Assembly: GCA_944322965.1 (NCBI GenBank)
Contig: CALUQR010000004.1
Location: 33,141-97,140 of the forward strand
Length of the DNA: 64,000 nt
Source of the DNA: Vulcanimicrobiota bacterium
Lineage (GTDB): Bacteria; Vulcanimicrobiota; Xenobia; Xenobiales; Xenobiaceae
Direction: 5' to 3'
Made by a program: the position numbers and the translations under genes. This document shows, one piece after another, positions 50,033-59,828 of this stretch. Position 1 is the first letter of the stretch; each line of letters opens with the position of its first letter. The notes below the pieces were generated by a model. The model saw only the letters and a list, made by a program, of their open reading frames with translations, was not told the DNA's origin and ran no database searches.

Positions 50033-50925
50033 CCGCCGGGACGGCGGCTAAGCAATGCGGAATTCGTAATTCGGAATTCGGAATTAAATTTCTGCTTGCT
50101 AGTAGCTTAACAGATCAGGGAATAACTTGGCATATGAAAGAATCGTCGGCAGTTTCACTGCCTTTGTGGCGCTTTGGTGTTGCGCCCAGTTCTTAGTTTT
50201 TGTTCTGTTACTTGATGGAGGTCTTTAGGACGCTTGTCCAATTGGACCGCATCGCGCGCCGCGCTAAGTCTAATTCGGAATGCTTAATGCGTAATGCGGA
50301 ATTAAGTTTCTGCTTGCTAGTGACTTAACAGATCAGGGAATAACTTGGCATATGAAAGAATCGTCGGCAGTTTCACTGCCTTTTTGCGCTTTGGTTCTAG
50401 CATCCAAATCTTCATTTGTGTTCTATTGCCCGAATGAGGTCTTTAGGAAGTTTGTCCAATTGAACCACACACCCGACGCCCGCACACCAAGACGATTTTC
50501 CCTCTAGCTAAGCTACCCCCGGAACCCGCCAGACATTCCCCCAATCGGTCTCGCCCTTAGGTCACCGCCGCAACCAAAGTTAGCGCCACGACCTCCCCTC
50601 CCGCCGCGTCCCCACAAATTCCGAATTACGCACTCCGAATTCCTAATTGCCGCCTCCAGGCGGCAACCCCTAATTCCGAATTGCTCCTTCCCCCAAGCCA
50701 AGCCACCCCCGGAACCTGCCAGACATTCTCCCAATCGGTCTCGCCCTGACCCCATCGCCGAAACAAAAGTTAGAACCACGACCTCCTCTCCCGCCGCGTC
50801 CCCACAAATTCCGAATTCCGCATTCCTAATTCCGAATTAAACTAAAATCGCCGCCGAAACTTCCGTCCCGACGGCAACCTAATTCCTCACTAACCCAATT
50901 ACGAATTCCGAATTCCGCATTGGCC
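50016..50925. repeat. Modular element copy E5 (internal tandem duplications)
   Basis: Hairpin at 50028-50053; near-identical duplicate of the left half (~50070-50250 vs ~50285-50470) and of the right half (~50515-50625 vs ~50705-50820). Confidence 0.88.
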
Positions 50926-50946
50926 TAGCGGCTAAGCCGCTGTGAC

Positions 50947-52026
50947 CTAAAGCCCTTGGGGAGTGAAGTTATTATCCTCATTGAGCTGGATGCGGCTCTC
51001 GGTGATGTCGCCGATATCGCCAAAGTGGAGGTCGGTCAGTTCTTCGACTTCACTCTGAGGCACCTGGTACATTTCGAAGCGGCCGGGCTCGAAGCCTTGG
51101 GACTGGATACCCAACTGGCCGTCGCCTTTGATAATATCCTCCTGGTCCAAGATGAAGGAAGCGCTCTTCAAGTCGCCATTATCGTCAGCCCAAACTACGG
51201 TCTTGAAGAAGGAGAGAGGGATCTGCTCCGGCTCTTGCATCTTACCGTTATTATCGAACCAAGGATCGTCTTCCCGGAAGATGGGCCCGGTGATGACGGT
51301 CATCTTCTGACCCTTGGAGGAACCCAGAACGTGGTCTTCCAGCTGTAACCACTCTTTCTGGTTTAAGCCGCCATGCTGCAGAGCGGCGTTGCAATAGCTG
51401 AAGGTGTCGCGACTAGCCAGCTCAGGGTTGTCGCCCCAGCAAGGATCTAAGCGGCGGACCATGTGCCCCTTATCGATGTTATTGCCCTTATAAGCCTCGT
51501 TGCCCAGCTGGTGCTCGCGGGCGATACGGCCGTCGATACTCCAACCGCCGGAACGCTTCGGCTTGCTCAAGCTGGAGCCATCGATATTGCAGATAGCGTA
51601 GAAGCACTGGCGGCGATCCTTATTCATGACCACCGAATAGTTGGTATAAGTCAGCTCCGACTCGTTGGGCTTGTCGGTGCGCATGGCTACCTGATCCTTC
51701 ACGGAATCGCCCAAGGTAGGCAAGGGCAACTCTTTCCCTAAGAAGTTCTCATCGTAACCGTTGCGGTCGGGATACATGTTGACCGACTCCAACTCCACTT
51801 CGGAAGCGGCCATCATCTTGTTGGTCTGCTGCATCTCTTGGGCGCAGCTCTGGAAGAGCCGTCCGGCCTTAGCGAACTGCTGTTCCTGAACGAACCCTTG
51901 GCTCTCGCCCCGCTCGAAGACGTCTTTACTGCCAAGCGTAGAACCCTCGGGACGCTGTCCCTCGACGCCCTGTTGCATGGTGCAGACGGCCGGCGAGAAA
52001 CTGCCGGAAATACTACCTAAACCCAT
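50947..52026 (-). CDS. DNA/RNA non-specific endonuclease (NucA/EndA family), copy 1
   Basis: IDKGHMVRR (DRGH-type), N...QH..LNQKEW.LE, VITGP, IP.SFFK; N-terminal extension without a Sec signal. Confidence 0.9.
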   Translation of the reverse strand: MGLGSISGSFSPAVCTMQQGVEGQRPEGSTLGSKDVFERGESQGFVQEQQFAKAGRLFQSCAQEMQQTNKMMAASEVELESVNMYPDRNGYDENFLGKELPLPTLGDSVKDQVAMRTDKPNESELTYTNYSVVMNKDRRQCFYAICNIDGSSLSKPKRSGGWSIDGRIAREHQLGNEAYKGNNIDKGHMVRRLDPCWGDNPELASRDTFSYCNAALQHGGLNQKEWLQLEDHVLGSSKGQKMTVITGPIFREDDPWFDNNGKMQEPEQIPLSFFKTVVWADDNGDLKSASFILDQEDIIKGDGQLGIQSQGFEPGRFEMYQVPQSEVEELTDLHFGDIGDITESRIQLNEDNNFTPQGL

Positions 52027-52207
52027 AACCACCAATACCTACTTTTTTCCCTGAGTATTTCCCCCTCGGTTCCTCTCCATCATACACAAATAAAAATTTT
52101 AATTGGGGAGATTTCTTGAATAAGTTGTTAATTCTAAGACATTTCTAAAGAAGATTAAGACCGTGCAAAACGCCGAAATTTCGGTTTTTTAGTTGAATTT
52201 AATTTAA

Positions 52208-53503
52208 TTAGAGCGCCAAATAGAGTTGTGAACTTTGCACCACGGGTAGATGATTCTCTAATTGGAAATAGCGCTCGCAGACTTGGGAGATCTTTTTGAG
52301 ACGCGAGAGGCGTTTGGGGGCCACTAAGACGTAAAAGCGCCACAAGTTGCGGTGCTTTTCGCGCAAGACTTCTACTTCAGGCAGTTTAAGGGAGGCCAGG
52401 CTGCGCGGCCCTTGGGGATCGATCTTAATGAGGACCTCCGCCTCTTTGAGCTGCATCTCGGCCGCGGGGCAGTAGATTATCAGTTCCCCCGGTTTAAAGT
52501 TGAGGAGCCCGCACAACTCCTCTTCGGCGGCCTGGCGGGAGGCGGAGGAGACGTGGTAGCGGGCTACCAGTTGGCGCTCCGCCAAAGATCCGATGCGCCT
52601 AGTGAGGACGTAAGCCCGCTTATAGATCTGGCGGGCAGCTAAGGCTTGGAGTAAGGAGCGGATGAGCGGATCCTCACCCCAGCGCAGATCGATTAGGGTC
52701 AAGAGCCGTTCGTCGCCTAAGGGGAGAATATCTTCTAATTTGAGTCCCAGCTCCAGGGCCCGCTCAATAATCTTAGAGATCATAGCCCCAGAAGCGCTCT
52801 TAGTGTGGTGGAAGAAGACCCGTTCGGTGAGGAAATAGCGCAAGCGCAAGAGATTAATAACTTCAGAGACTAGATCTTCGCGGACGATCCCTTCCTTTTG
52901 GCACTCTAAATAGAGGTGGCCCTGGTGGAGGCGCAGACTGCGCAAGATACGGCGGTCGTAATTTTGGGAGAGTCCGCAGAAGAAGGCGTCGCGGGCCAGA
53001 TAATCGAGAAGATCGGCGCAAAAGACTCCGCTAATAAGTTCCGACTGCCAGGGCTGGGGGGCCTCGCCTTGGAGGATAGCCCACACTGAGGAAGCGATCC
53101 CCAGGCGCTGCAAATGGCGGGCCAGATCCCCCTTCCCGCCCAGGAAGTGGCGCAACCTCTCCGGACCGTCGTGACGTCCAAAGATGCGCCGCTCATCCTC
53201 TATAGTATGGCCGTAGGGTATATGGCCCACATCGTGGAGCAGGGCGGCCGCCCCCAGGGCTAGGAGCTCTTCCTCCCTAAGTCGCGCCCCGCCCTCCTCT
53301 AAGACGCGCCACAACTCATAAACTAGGTAGCAAGTCCCCAGGCTATGTTCAAAACGCGTATGGACCGCCCCCGGATAGACTAAGGAGGCGGTCCCCAGCT
53401 GTTTGATCCCCCGCAGCCGCTGCATCTCTACCGTATCTAAGAGCTCTACTAGCTCGCGGGGCAAAAAGATGTCGCCGTGGACGGGGTCCCTAAAGACTTT
53501 CAA
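52208..53503 (-). CDS. HD-domain dNTP triphosphohydrolase (SAMHD1/EF1143-like)
   Basis: RDPVHG, QRLR.IKQLG, HTRFEHSLG, LLHDVGH, DYLARD. Confidence 0.88.
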   Translation of the reverse strand: MKVFRDPVHGDIFLPRELVELLDTVEMQRLRGIKQLGTASLVYPGAVHTRFEHSLGTCYLVYELWRVLEEGGARLREEELLALGAAALLHDVGHIPYGHTIEDERRIFGRHDGPERLRHFLGGKGDLARHLQRLGIASSVWAILQGEAPQPWQSELISGVFCADLLDYLARDAFFCGLSQNYDRRILRSLRLHQGHLYLECQKEGIVREDLVSEVINLLRLRYFLTERVFFHHTKSASGAMISKIIERALELGLKLEDILPLGDERLLTLIDLRWGEDPLIRSLLQALAARQIYKRAYVLTRRIGSLAERQLVARYHVSSASRQAAEEELCGLLNFKPGELIIYCPAAEMQLKEAEVLIKIDPQGPRSLASLKLPEVEVLREKHRNLWRFYVLVAPKRLSRLKKISQVCERYFQLENHLPVVQSSQLYLAL

Positions 53504-53521
53504 AAGTAGCCTCGAGCGCCT

Positions 53522-54001
53522 TTACTCGTCGCTGCCGTCGTCCTCTTCGCTGAGCTCTCCCGAATAGATAGAGACCTCCCGAATCATACAATCTAACTGG
53601 GCGGCGCTCACTTGGCTAGCGGGGCAGGCGGCTTGCAAGATGATATACTCCTTCCCCTCTTCGCCCTTACTGAGCATCAAGCGGCTATAGATGAGATTCT
53701 GATCGCAAAAACGCAAGAGAGCCAGGGGATCGATCTCCTCGTCCATCTCCCCCACTTCCGCTTCTACCACCACCGCTTCCGACTCGTGGTACATGGCGTC
53801 GTCAATATCTACCATAAAGACGTCGACCTCCGGCTGGTCGTCCTGGTAGACCCGAAACAGATTCTCCTCGGGGATCCATTCCGCTTCCATATGCTCGTCG
53901 TGATACTTGGCGTAGACGATAACCTCGTCTAGCAAGTTATTGAGCATCGGGGGAATTTCTACTACTTCTTCCTCGGGATTGAGGTTTTCGGGCTGAGCCA
54001 T
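53522..54001 (-). CDS. Small acidic protein, YbjN/CesT (type III chaperone)-like fold
   Basis: Acidic 159 aa; 'LLRFCDQNLIYSRLML..YIILQA..P..VSAAQL..MIREV' pattern with an amphipathic C-terminal helix. Confidence 0.55.
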   Translation of the reverse strand: MAQPENLNPEEEVVEIPPMLNNLLDEVIVYAKYHDEHMEAEWIPEENLFRVYQDDQPEVDVFMVDIDDAMYHESEAVVVEAEVGEMDEEIDPLALLRFCDQNLIYSRLMLSKGEEGKEYIILQAACPASQVSAAQLDCMIREVSIYSGELSEEDDGSDE

Positions 54002-54088
54002 GATCTACTCCTAAAAAAAGATGCGGGGCCACTTCTCTTAAGGAAGGGCTCTTCCTCTTCCCCTCAAGAGAGGCCACCCAGCCTCAAC

Positions 54089-56860
54089 CTAAAGGGGACT
54101 CTGCCCTTCCTCTCCCGACTCTCGCTTCTGAAGGGCTTGGGTAAAGGGATGGGCGGGCTGAGCCGGCTGGGGGGTAGTAGCTAAAGACTCCTGGGAGGCG
54201 GGCTCTTCCTCCGCAGTAGCCGCTTGGGAGCTAAAGGGACGGCTAGGCTGAGGGGGCTCTAGAGGCTTAAAACCGACCTCCGGAGCCTGGGGATCGGGCA
54301 TCTTAGCTAAGAGTTCGGCCGCAGCCTCAGCGCCTTCCGAGACTTTAGGACTCCCCTCTAACTTAGGAATAGGCGCAGTTACCCTGAGAGTCCCCTCAAT
54401 GGGAGCGGGCTCAAGGGCGGGCCCCTCTTTAGCCAGGGTGAGCGGAGGTAAGGCGGCCACCCGCTCCACCTTAGGCGCCTGGGGAGCGGCGGGATCTAAG
54501 GAGGAGGTCTTAGCTTGCAAGCGGCGGTACCAGCGCGAGATGAGCAGGGAGGCGCCCGCTAAGACTAAGAGGGCTACCATCTTATAGATGAGCCCCAAGC
54601 GGGCCAGATCGTAACCTACTAAGCGCAGGACCCCTAAGACTAAGATCAAGAGGCCCAGAGTGTGGAGGGAGCGCAGGCGCAAGCGCAGGGCGAGGCCGAT
54701 GAGGAGGGTAGCATAGAGGATCCAGGAGAGAGTAACTAACGACTCCCACTGGAAAAAGCGCAGACAGTTGAGGACCTCGGCGTGGATCATCACCCACCCG
54801 ATGAGCGCCCCCCACAAGAGGTGGGCCCTAGAGCCGCCCAAGCAGTAGGCGGCTATCATGTAGAGGATCCCTAAACTGAAGGCGATGGCTCCCATATTGA
54901 CGAGGGGGAAGAAACGCACCGACCCCACTTTAAAGAGGATCCCCAACATGCCCACCCCCAGGACGAGGGCCGCCAGGTGGCTACTCACCCAGAAGAGGGG
55001 GATGCGCTCAGGATGGCAGGCGGAGAGCATATTGAGGGCATAGAGCCACCAGAGGGCCAAGAGGGAGAGGGTGACTAAGGCGCTGCCCCAATCGCCGCTG
55101 GGCAGGACGCTCTCTAAGAGGGCGCTCAACTCGTAGCTGAGATAGATATAAGCGCTAGTGACCGTCCCCCAGAGGGAGATAGTTTGGGGCGCCTTAAATT
55201 GGGGGCGCAACTTGCTCCAGCAGATCCAGCTAATAAACCAAGTGAGCAGGGTAGGCAGGGCGTAGGCCGCTCCCAGCTGCCAGAAGGGCGGGCGCGGGAT
55301 CTCCGCCAGAGCATGGTATTGACTCCAGGGCCAAAAGAGCACCCCTAAGAAGTTGAAGTAGAGGTTCCAAGCTGAAAAGCGCTTAGCCACGTACCCTTTG
55401 ACGCAACCGCTCAAACTTAAGGCTAAGGAGATGAGGCTAGAGATGGAAGTAGCCCAGAGGGCGTTGAGGGAGCTATCCCAAGTCAGAAGGGAGAGGAACC
55501 ACAAAGCCAGGGCGCTATGGCCAAAGTAGGAGGCCAGGACCGGGGCCCACTCTTGGCGCCAGATGGAGAGGACGTAGAGGATGAGGGCCGCCCCTACGAT
55601 AGCTACGCGGATCTCTTCCCGCTCGGTAGGCACAAAGCAGAGGAGGGCCCCCAAGCCCATCAGGGCGTGGTTCCAGTAGATAGTCCAGTAACGGGAGCGC
55701 GCCCGCCACGAGGTAGCGGCCTCCTTATCGAAGCGACCGCTGCGGAAGACGTCGGCTAAGAGCACGCAGATCCACAACCCCACCCAGATGCCCGTATTGA
55801 GCGGGTGGCGCTGGTCGCCAATTAAAGCTAATAAGACTAAGGCTAAGAGGTTGCCCGTATAGACCCAGGGAGAATTGCCACAACGCTTACAGACTACCAA
55901 AGCGAAGAAGGCCAGGGCGGGCAGATAGAAGGACCACAGGAGGGAATTTTCGATAGCCGCATAGATGAAGATGGCGCAGGCGTAGCTATCGATTAAGCCC
56001 ATAATGGCTAAGAGCTTGCGCTGGCGGTAAGCAGCCTGGGTGTAGAGTCCCAAAAGCAAGAGCGAAGAGAGGCCTACGCTCCAATAATCGTTCCACAGTA
56101 AGTAGTAACTGCCCCCCGCTAAGCTGGTAGCGATGGCGATCCCCCACCCTAAGCCGACGATTATATCGGCCATCCAACCCCAGATCCCCCGGTTAAAGAG
56201 GTAGGTCCCCCAGACGATCCCCGCCAAGGAGACGAGCCACAGAGTAGCGACCTTAGTCTCCTGATTGACTATTACCCAGGGAGAGAGCCAGTAGAGAAAG
56301 AGGAGGACGAAAGAGAGAAAAGAGAGCCCCCCCACCTGGGCAAAGAAGGAGCTCCAATTCCTATTAGTAAGCCCCAAACTGGCCCCCAGCCAGCCTTTTT
56401 CTACCCCCTCGCCCTCTGAACCCGTAGGGCGAGCGCTAGACTTAGGCCAAGGCCAATCCTCTCCCAACTCTACTTCGGGAAAGGGGGGCAACTCGCGGGT
56501 GGGGTGGGCCTTCTCTAAAGCGGGCTCCCCCTCTGCGGAAGCGGAATCTTTACTAGACTCCTCCTTAACCGGCGCGGACTCCGAGCCAGACTCTAGGGAA
56601 GGTTCACTAACTGGGGGGAGCGGAGCGACCTCCTCTTTAGGGGCTGGAGGCTGGGGCGGCTTAGGGTTAGAGGGGGGCGGAGGCGGCGAACCCGGGCCGC
56701 CGCGCTCCTCTAAAAGGCGCAGGCGCTCCTCTAAAAGATCTAAACGCCTCCTCAAGAGGCTACCAGAGATTAAGACCCACACTATAGCTACGGGCAGGGC
56801 CACGAATCCCAAGAGGATGAAGATCCACACTAAGAACCAAAGGCTCTCCAAAGCAAACAT
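54089..56860 (-). CDS. DUF2339-like polytopic membrane protein
   Basis: N-terminal TM plus 'RRRLDLLEERL' coil, Pro-rich linker, many TMs, 'LRLVGYDL' near the C-terminus. Confidence 0.75.
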   Translation of the reverse strand: MFALESLWFLVWIFILLGFVALPVAIVWVLISGSLLRRRLDLLEERLRLLEERGGPGSPPPPPSNPKPPQPPAPKEEVAPLPPVSEPSLESGSESAPVKEESSKDSASAEGEPALEKAHPTRELPPFPEVELGEDWPWPKSSARPTGSEGEGVEKGWLGASLGLTNRNWSSFFAQVGGLSFLSFVLLFLYWLSPWVIVNQETKVATLWLVSLAGIVWGTYLFNRGIWGWMADIIVGLGWGIAIATSLAGGSYYLLWNDYWSVGLSSLLLLGLYTQAAYRQRKLLAIMGLIDSYACAIFIYAAIENSLLWSFYLPALAFFALVVCKRCGNSPWVYTGNLLALVLLALIGDQRHPLNTGIWVGLWICVLLADVFRSGRFDKEAATSWRARSRYWTIYWNHALMGLGALLCFVPTEREEIRVAIVGAALILYVLSIWRQEWAPVLASYFGHSALALWFLSLLTWDSSLNALWATSISSLISLALSLSGCVKGYVAKRFSAWNLYFNFLGVLFWPWSQYHALAEIPRPPFWQLGAAYALPTLLTWFISWICWSKLRPQFKAPQTISLWGTVTSAYIYLSYELSALLESVLPSGDWGSALVTLSLLALWWLYALNMLSACHPERIPLFWVSSHLAALVLGVGMLGILFKVGSVRFFPLVNMGAIAFSLGILYMIAAYCLGGSRAHLLWGALIGWVMIHAEVLNCLRFFQWESLVTLSWILYATLLIGLALRLRLRSLHTLGLLILVLGVLRLVGYDLARLGLIYKMVALLVLAGASLLISRWYRRLQAKTSSLDPAAPQAPKVERVAALPPLTLAKEGPALEPAPIEGTLRVTAPIPKLEGSPKVSEGAEAAAELLAKMPDPQAPEVGFKPLEPPQPSRPFSSQAATAEEEPASQESLATTPQPAQPAHPFTQALQKRESGEEGQSPL

Positions 56861-56923
56861 TTCTACTTACCACCTAACATGGTAGCTATTTTACACCAAA
56901 GCGAAGGGAGCGCCAATAAAAAA

Positions 56924-56957
56924 TTTTCCCCGCCCTCCGTCAGGAGGGCGGGGAAAA
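56924..56957 (-). terminator. Probable terminator of nuclease copy 2
   Basis: 15-bp perfect arms, followed by TTTTTTATT on the minus strand. Confidence 0.7.
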
Positions 56958-56996
56958 GGGCCGCTCAAGAGTCTTGAGCCTAATTATAAACTCTAA

Positions 56997-58037
56997 TTAG
57001 GTCAAACGCTTAGGCTGCTCGGTGATGTCGCCAATATTGCCAAAGTGGAGGTCGGTCATCTCCTCTAACTGCTTCTGGGGCACCTGGTAGACATCGAAGC
57101 GGCCGGGGGTGAACTCCTTGAGGTGGAGCTGACCGTCGCCATTGATAATATCTTCCTGAGAGAGTACGAAGGAGGCGCTCTTCAGGTTACCGTCGTCGCC
57201 CGCCCACACTACGGTCTTGAAGAAGGACATGGGGATCTGGGCCGGCTCTTTCATCTTGCCATTATTGTCGAACCAAGGATCGTCTTCGCGGAAGATGGGA
57301 CCGGTGATGACCGTCATCTTGGAGCCCTCGCCCGTAGCGGTATCGATAACGTGGTTCTCTAATTCTAACCACTCCTTCTGGTTCAAGCCGCCATGCTGTA
57401 AGGTGGCGTTGCAATAACTGAAGGTGTCATTATTGGCCCGCTTGGCATCCTTACCCCAGCAGGGGTCTAAGCGGCGCACCATGTGCCCCTTGTCGATGTC
57501 GTTATTGCGGTAAGCCTCGTTGCCCAGCTGGCAGTCGCGCGGGATACGGCCGTCGATCTCCCACTCGCCGCTGCGCTTAATATTCTGACTCTGGGAGCCG
57601 TCGATATTGCAGATGGTGTAGAAGCACTGTTTACGCTCGCCATTCATGACGATCGAGAAGTTGGTGTAGGGAAGCTCGTACTCGCCGGGCTTGTCGGTGC
57701 GCATAGCTACCTGGTCCTTAATGGAATCCCCTAAGGTAGGCAGAGGCAACTTAGTACCTAAGAAATTCTCATCGTAACCGGCGCGGTTGGGATACATATT
57801 GACCGCCTCGCCCTGGATGCCCATCGTCCCCTGGACGTTGGCCATATTCTGAGCGTGCATATTCTGGTAGGCCTTACCGGCGTTGGCAAAATTCTGCTCC
57901 GGGGAAACCTGCCCTTGCTGTTCGCGAACGAAAGAATCGATACTCCCTCTCTCACGCTGGTCCTGGGAGGGCTGAATGGAGACCTCGCCGCGACTAGTGT
58001 TAACAAACGAGGAACCGCTAATGCTGTTAATTCCCAT
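56997..58037 (-). CDS. DNA/RNA non-specific endonuclease, copy 2
   Basis: Close paralog of 50947-52026 with the same IDKGHMVRRLDPCWG motif. Confidence 0.9.
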   Translation of the reverse strand: MGINSISGSSFVNTSRGEVSIQPSQDQRERGSIDSFVREQQGQVSPEQNFANAGKAYQNMHAQNMANVQGTMGIQGEAVNMYPNRAGYDENFLGTKLPLPTLGDSIKDQVAMRTDKPGEYELPYTNFSIVMNGERKQCFYTICNIDGSQSQNIKRSGEWEIDGRIPRDCQLGNEAYRNNDIDKGHMVRRLDPCWGKDAKRANNDTFSYCNATLQHGGLNQKEWLELENHVIDTATGEGSKMTVITGPIFREDDPWFDNNGKMKEPAQIPMSFFKTVVWAGDDGNLKSASFVLSQEDIINGDGQLHLKEFTPGRFDVYQVPQKQLEEMTDLHFGNIGDITEQPKRLT

Positions 58038-58344
58038 GATTCTCACTCTCCATCAGAGTTGTCTCCCTCCCCTATCTCTAATACTACCATCCCGAAGTTG
58101 AGAAATGTGTAAAAAAGGTAAACACTTCACCATTTATCTTCGATCTTCGAAAATCTGACGATCCCCGAAATTTGAGGATTACACAGATTTCAAGGGAGTC
58201 CCCTCCGCCCCTTTTCTGCATTCTTTAGCAAACTAAAGTAGGAGAAAAGGTTCCAAGTTACTCCCGAAGTACAGAGACTTATTAGGCTGTAAAATACGAC
58301 TCGCCAGTTATAGTTTCGCCCCTCTCTATAATTTTTAAGAATAT

Positions 58345-58382
58345 TTTTGGGGCCCGCAGCGGAGTCGCTGCGGGCCCCAAAA
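58345..58382. terminator. Perfect 17-bp hairpin after the TPR gene (terminator role uncertain)
   Basis: TTTTGGGGCCCGCAGCG-GAGT-CGCTGCGGGCCCCAAAA. Confidence 0.55.
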
Positions 58383-58402
58383 GTCCGCTCTAGCTCTTTT
58401 AA

Positions 58403-59647
<1,245 letters not shown>

Positions 59648-59778
59648 GTAAACTCCTAGACAACTAGCGGATCAGCTCTACAGGGGCCATCCGCCCTGAC
59701 ATACTAAAACCGCCTCCACTTCCAGCCCCCGCCCCCCTTTCCTGCCCCGCCCGCAGCCCGCAAGAGCCCTAAAAAGTA

Positions 59779-59808
59779 TTGGCCCGCCCACGTACGTGGG
59801 CGGGCCAA
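59779..59808 (-). terminator. glyQS terminator (30-bp perfect palindrome)
   Basis: TTGGCCCGCCCACGT|ACGTGGGCGGGCCAA, then TACTTTTT on the minus strand. Confidence 0.75.
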
Positions 59809-59828
59809 GGCGGGCGACTCTATCCCTT

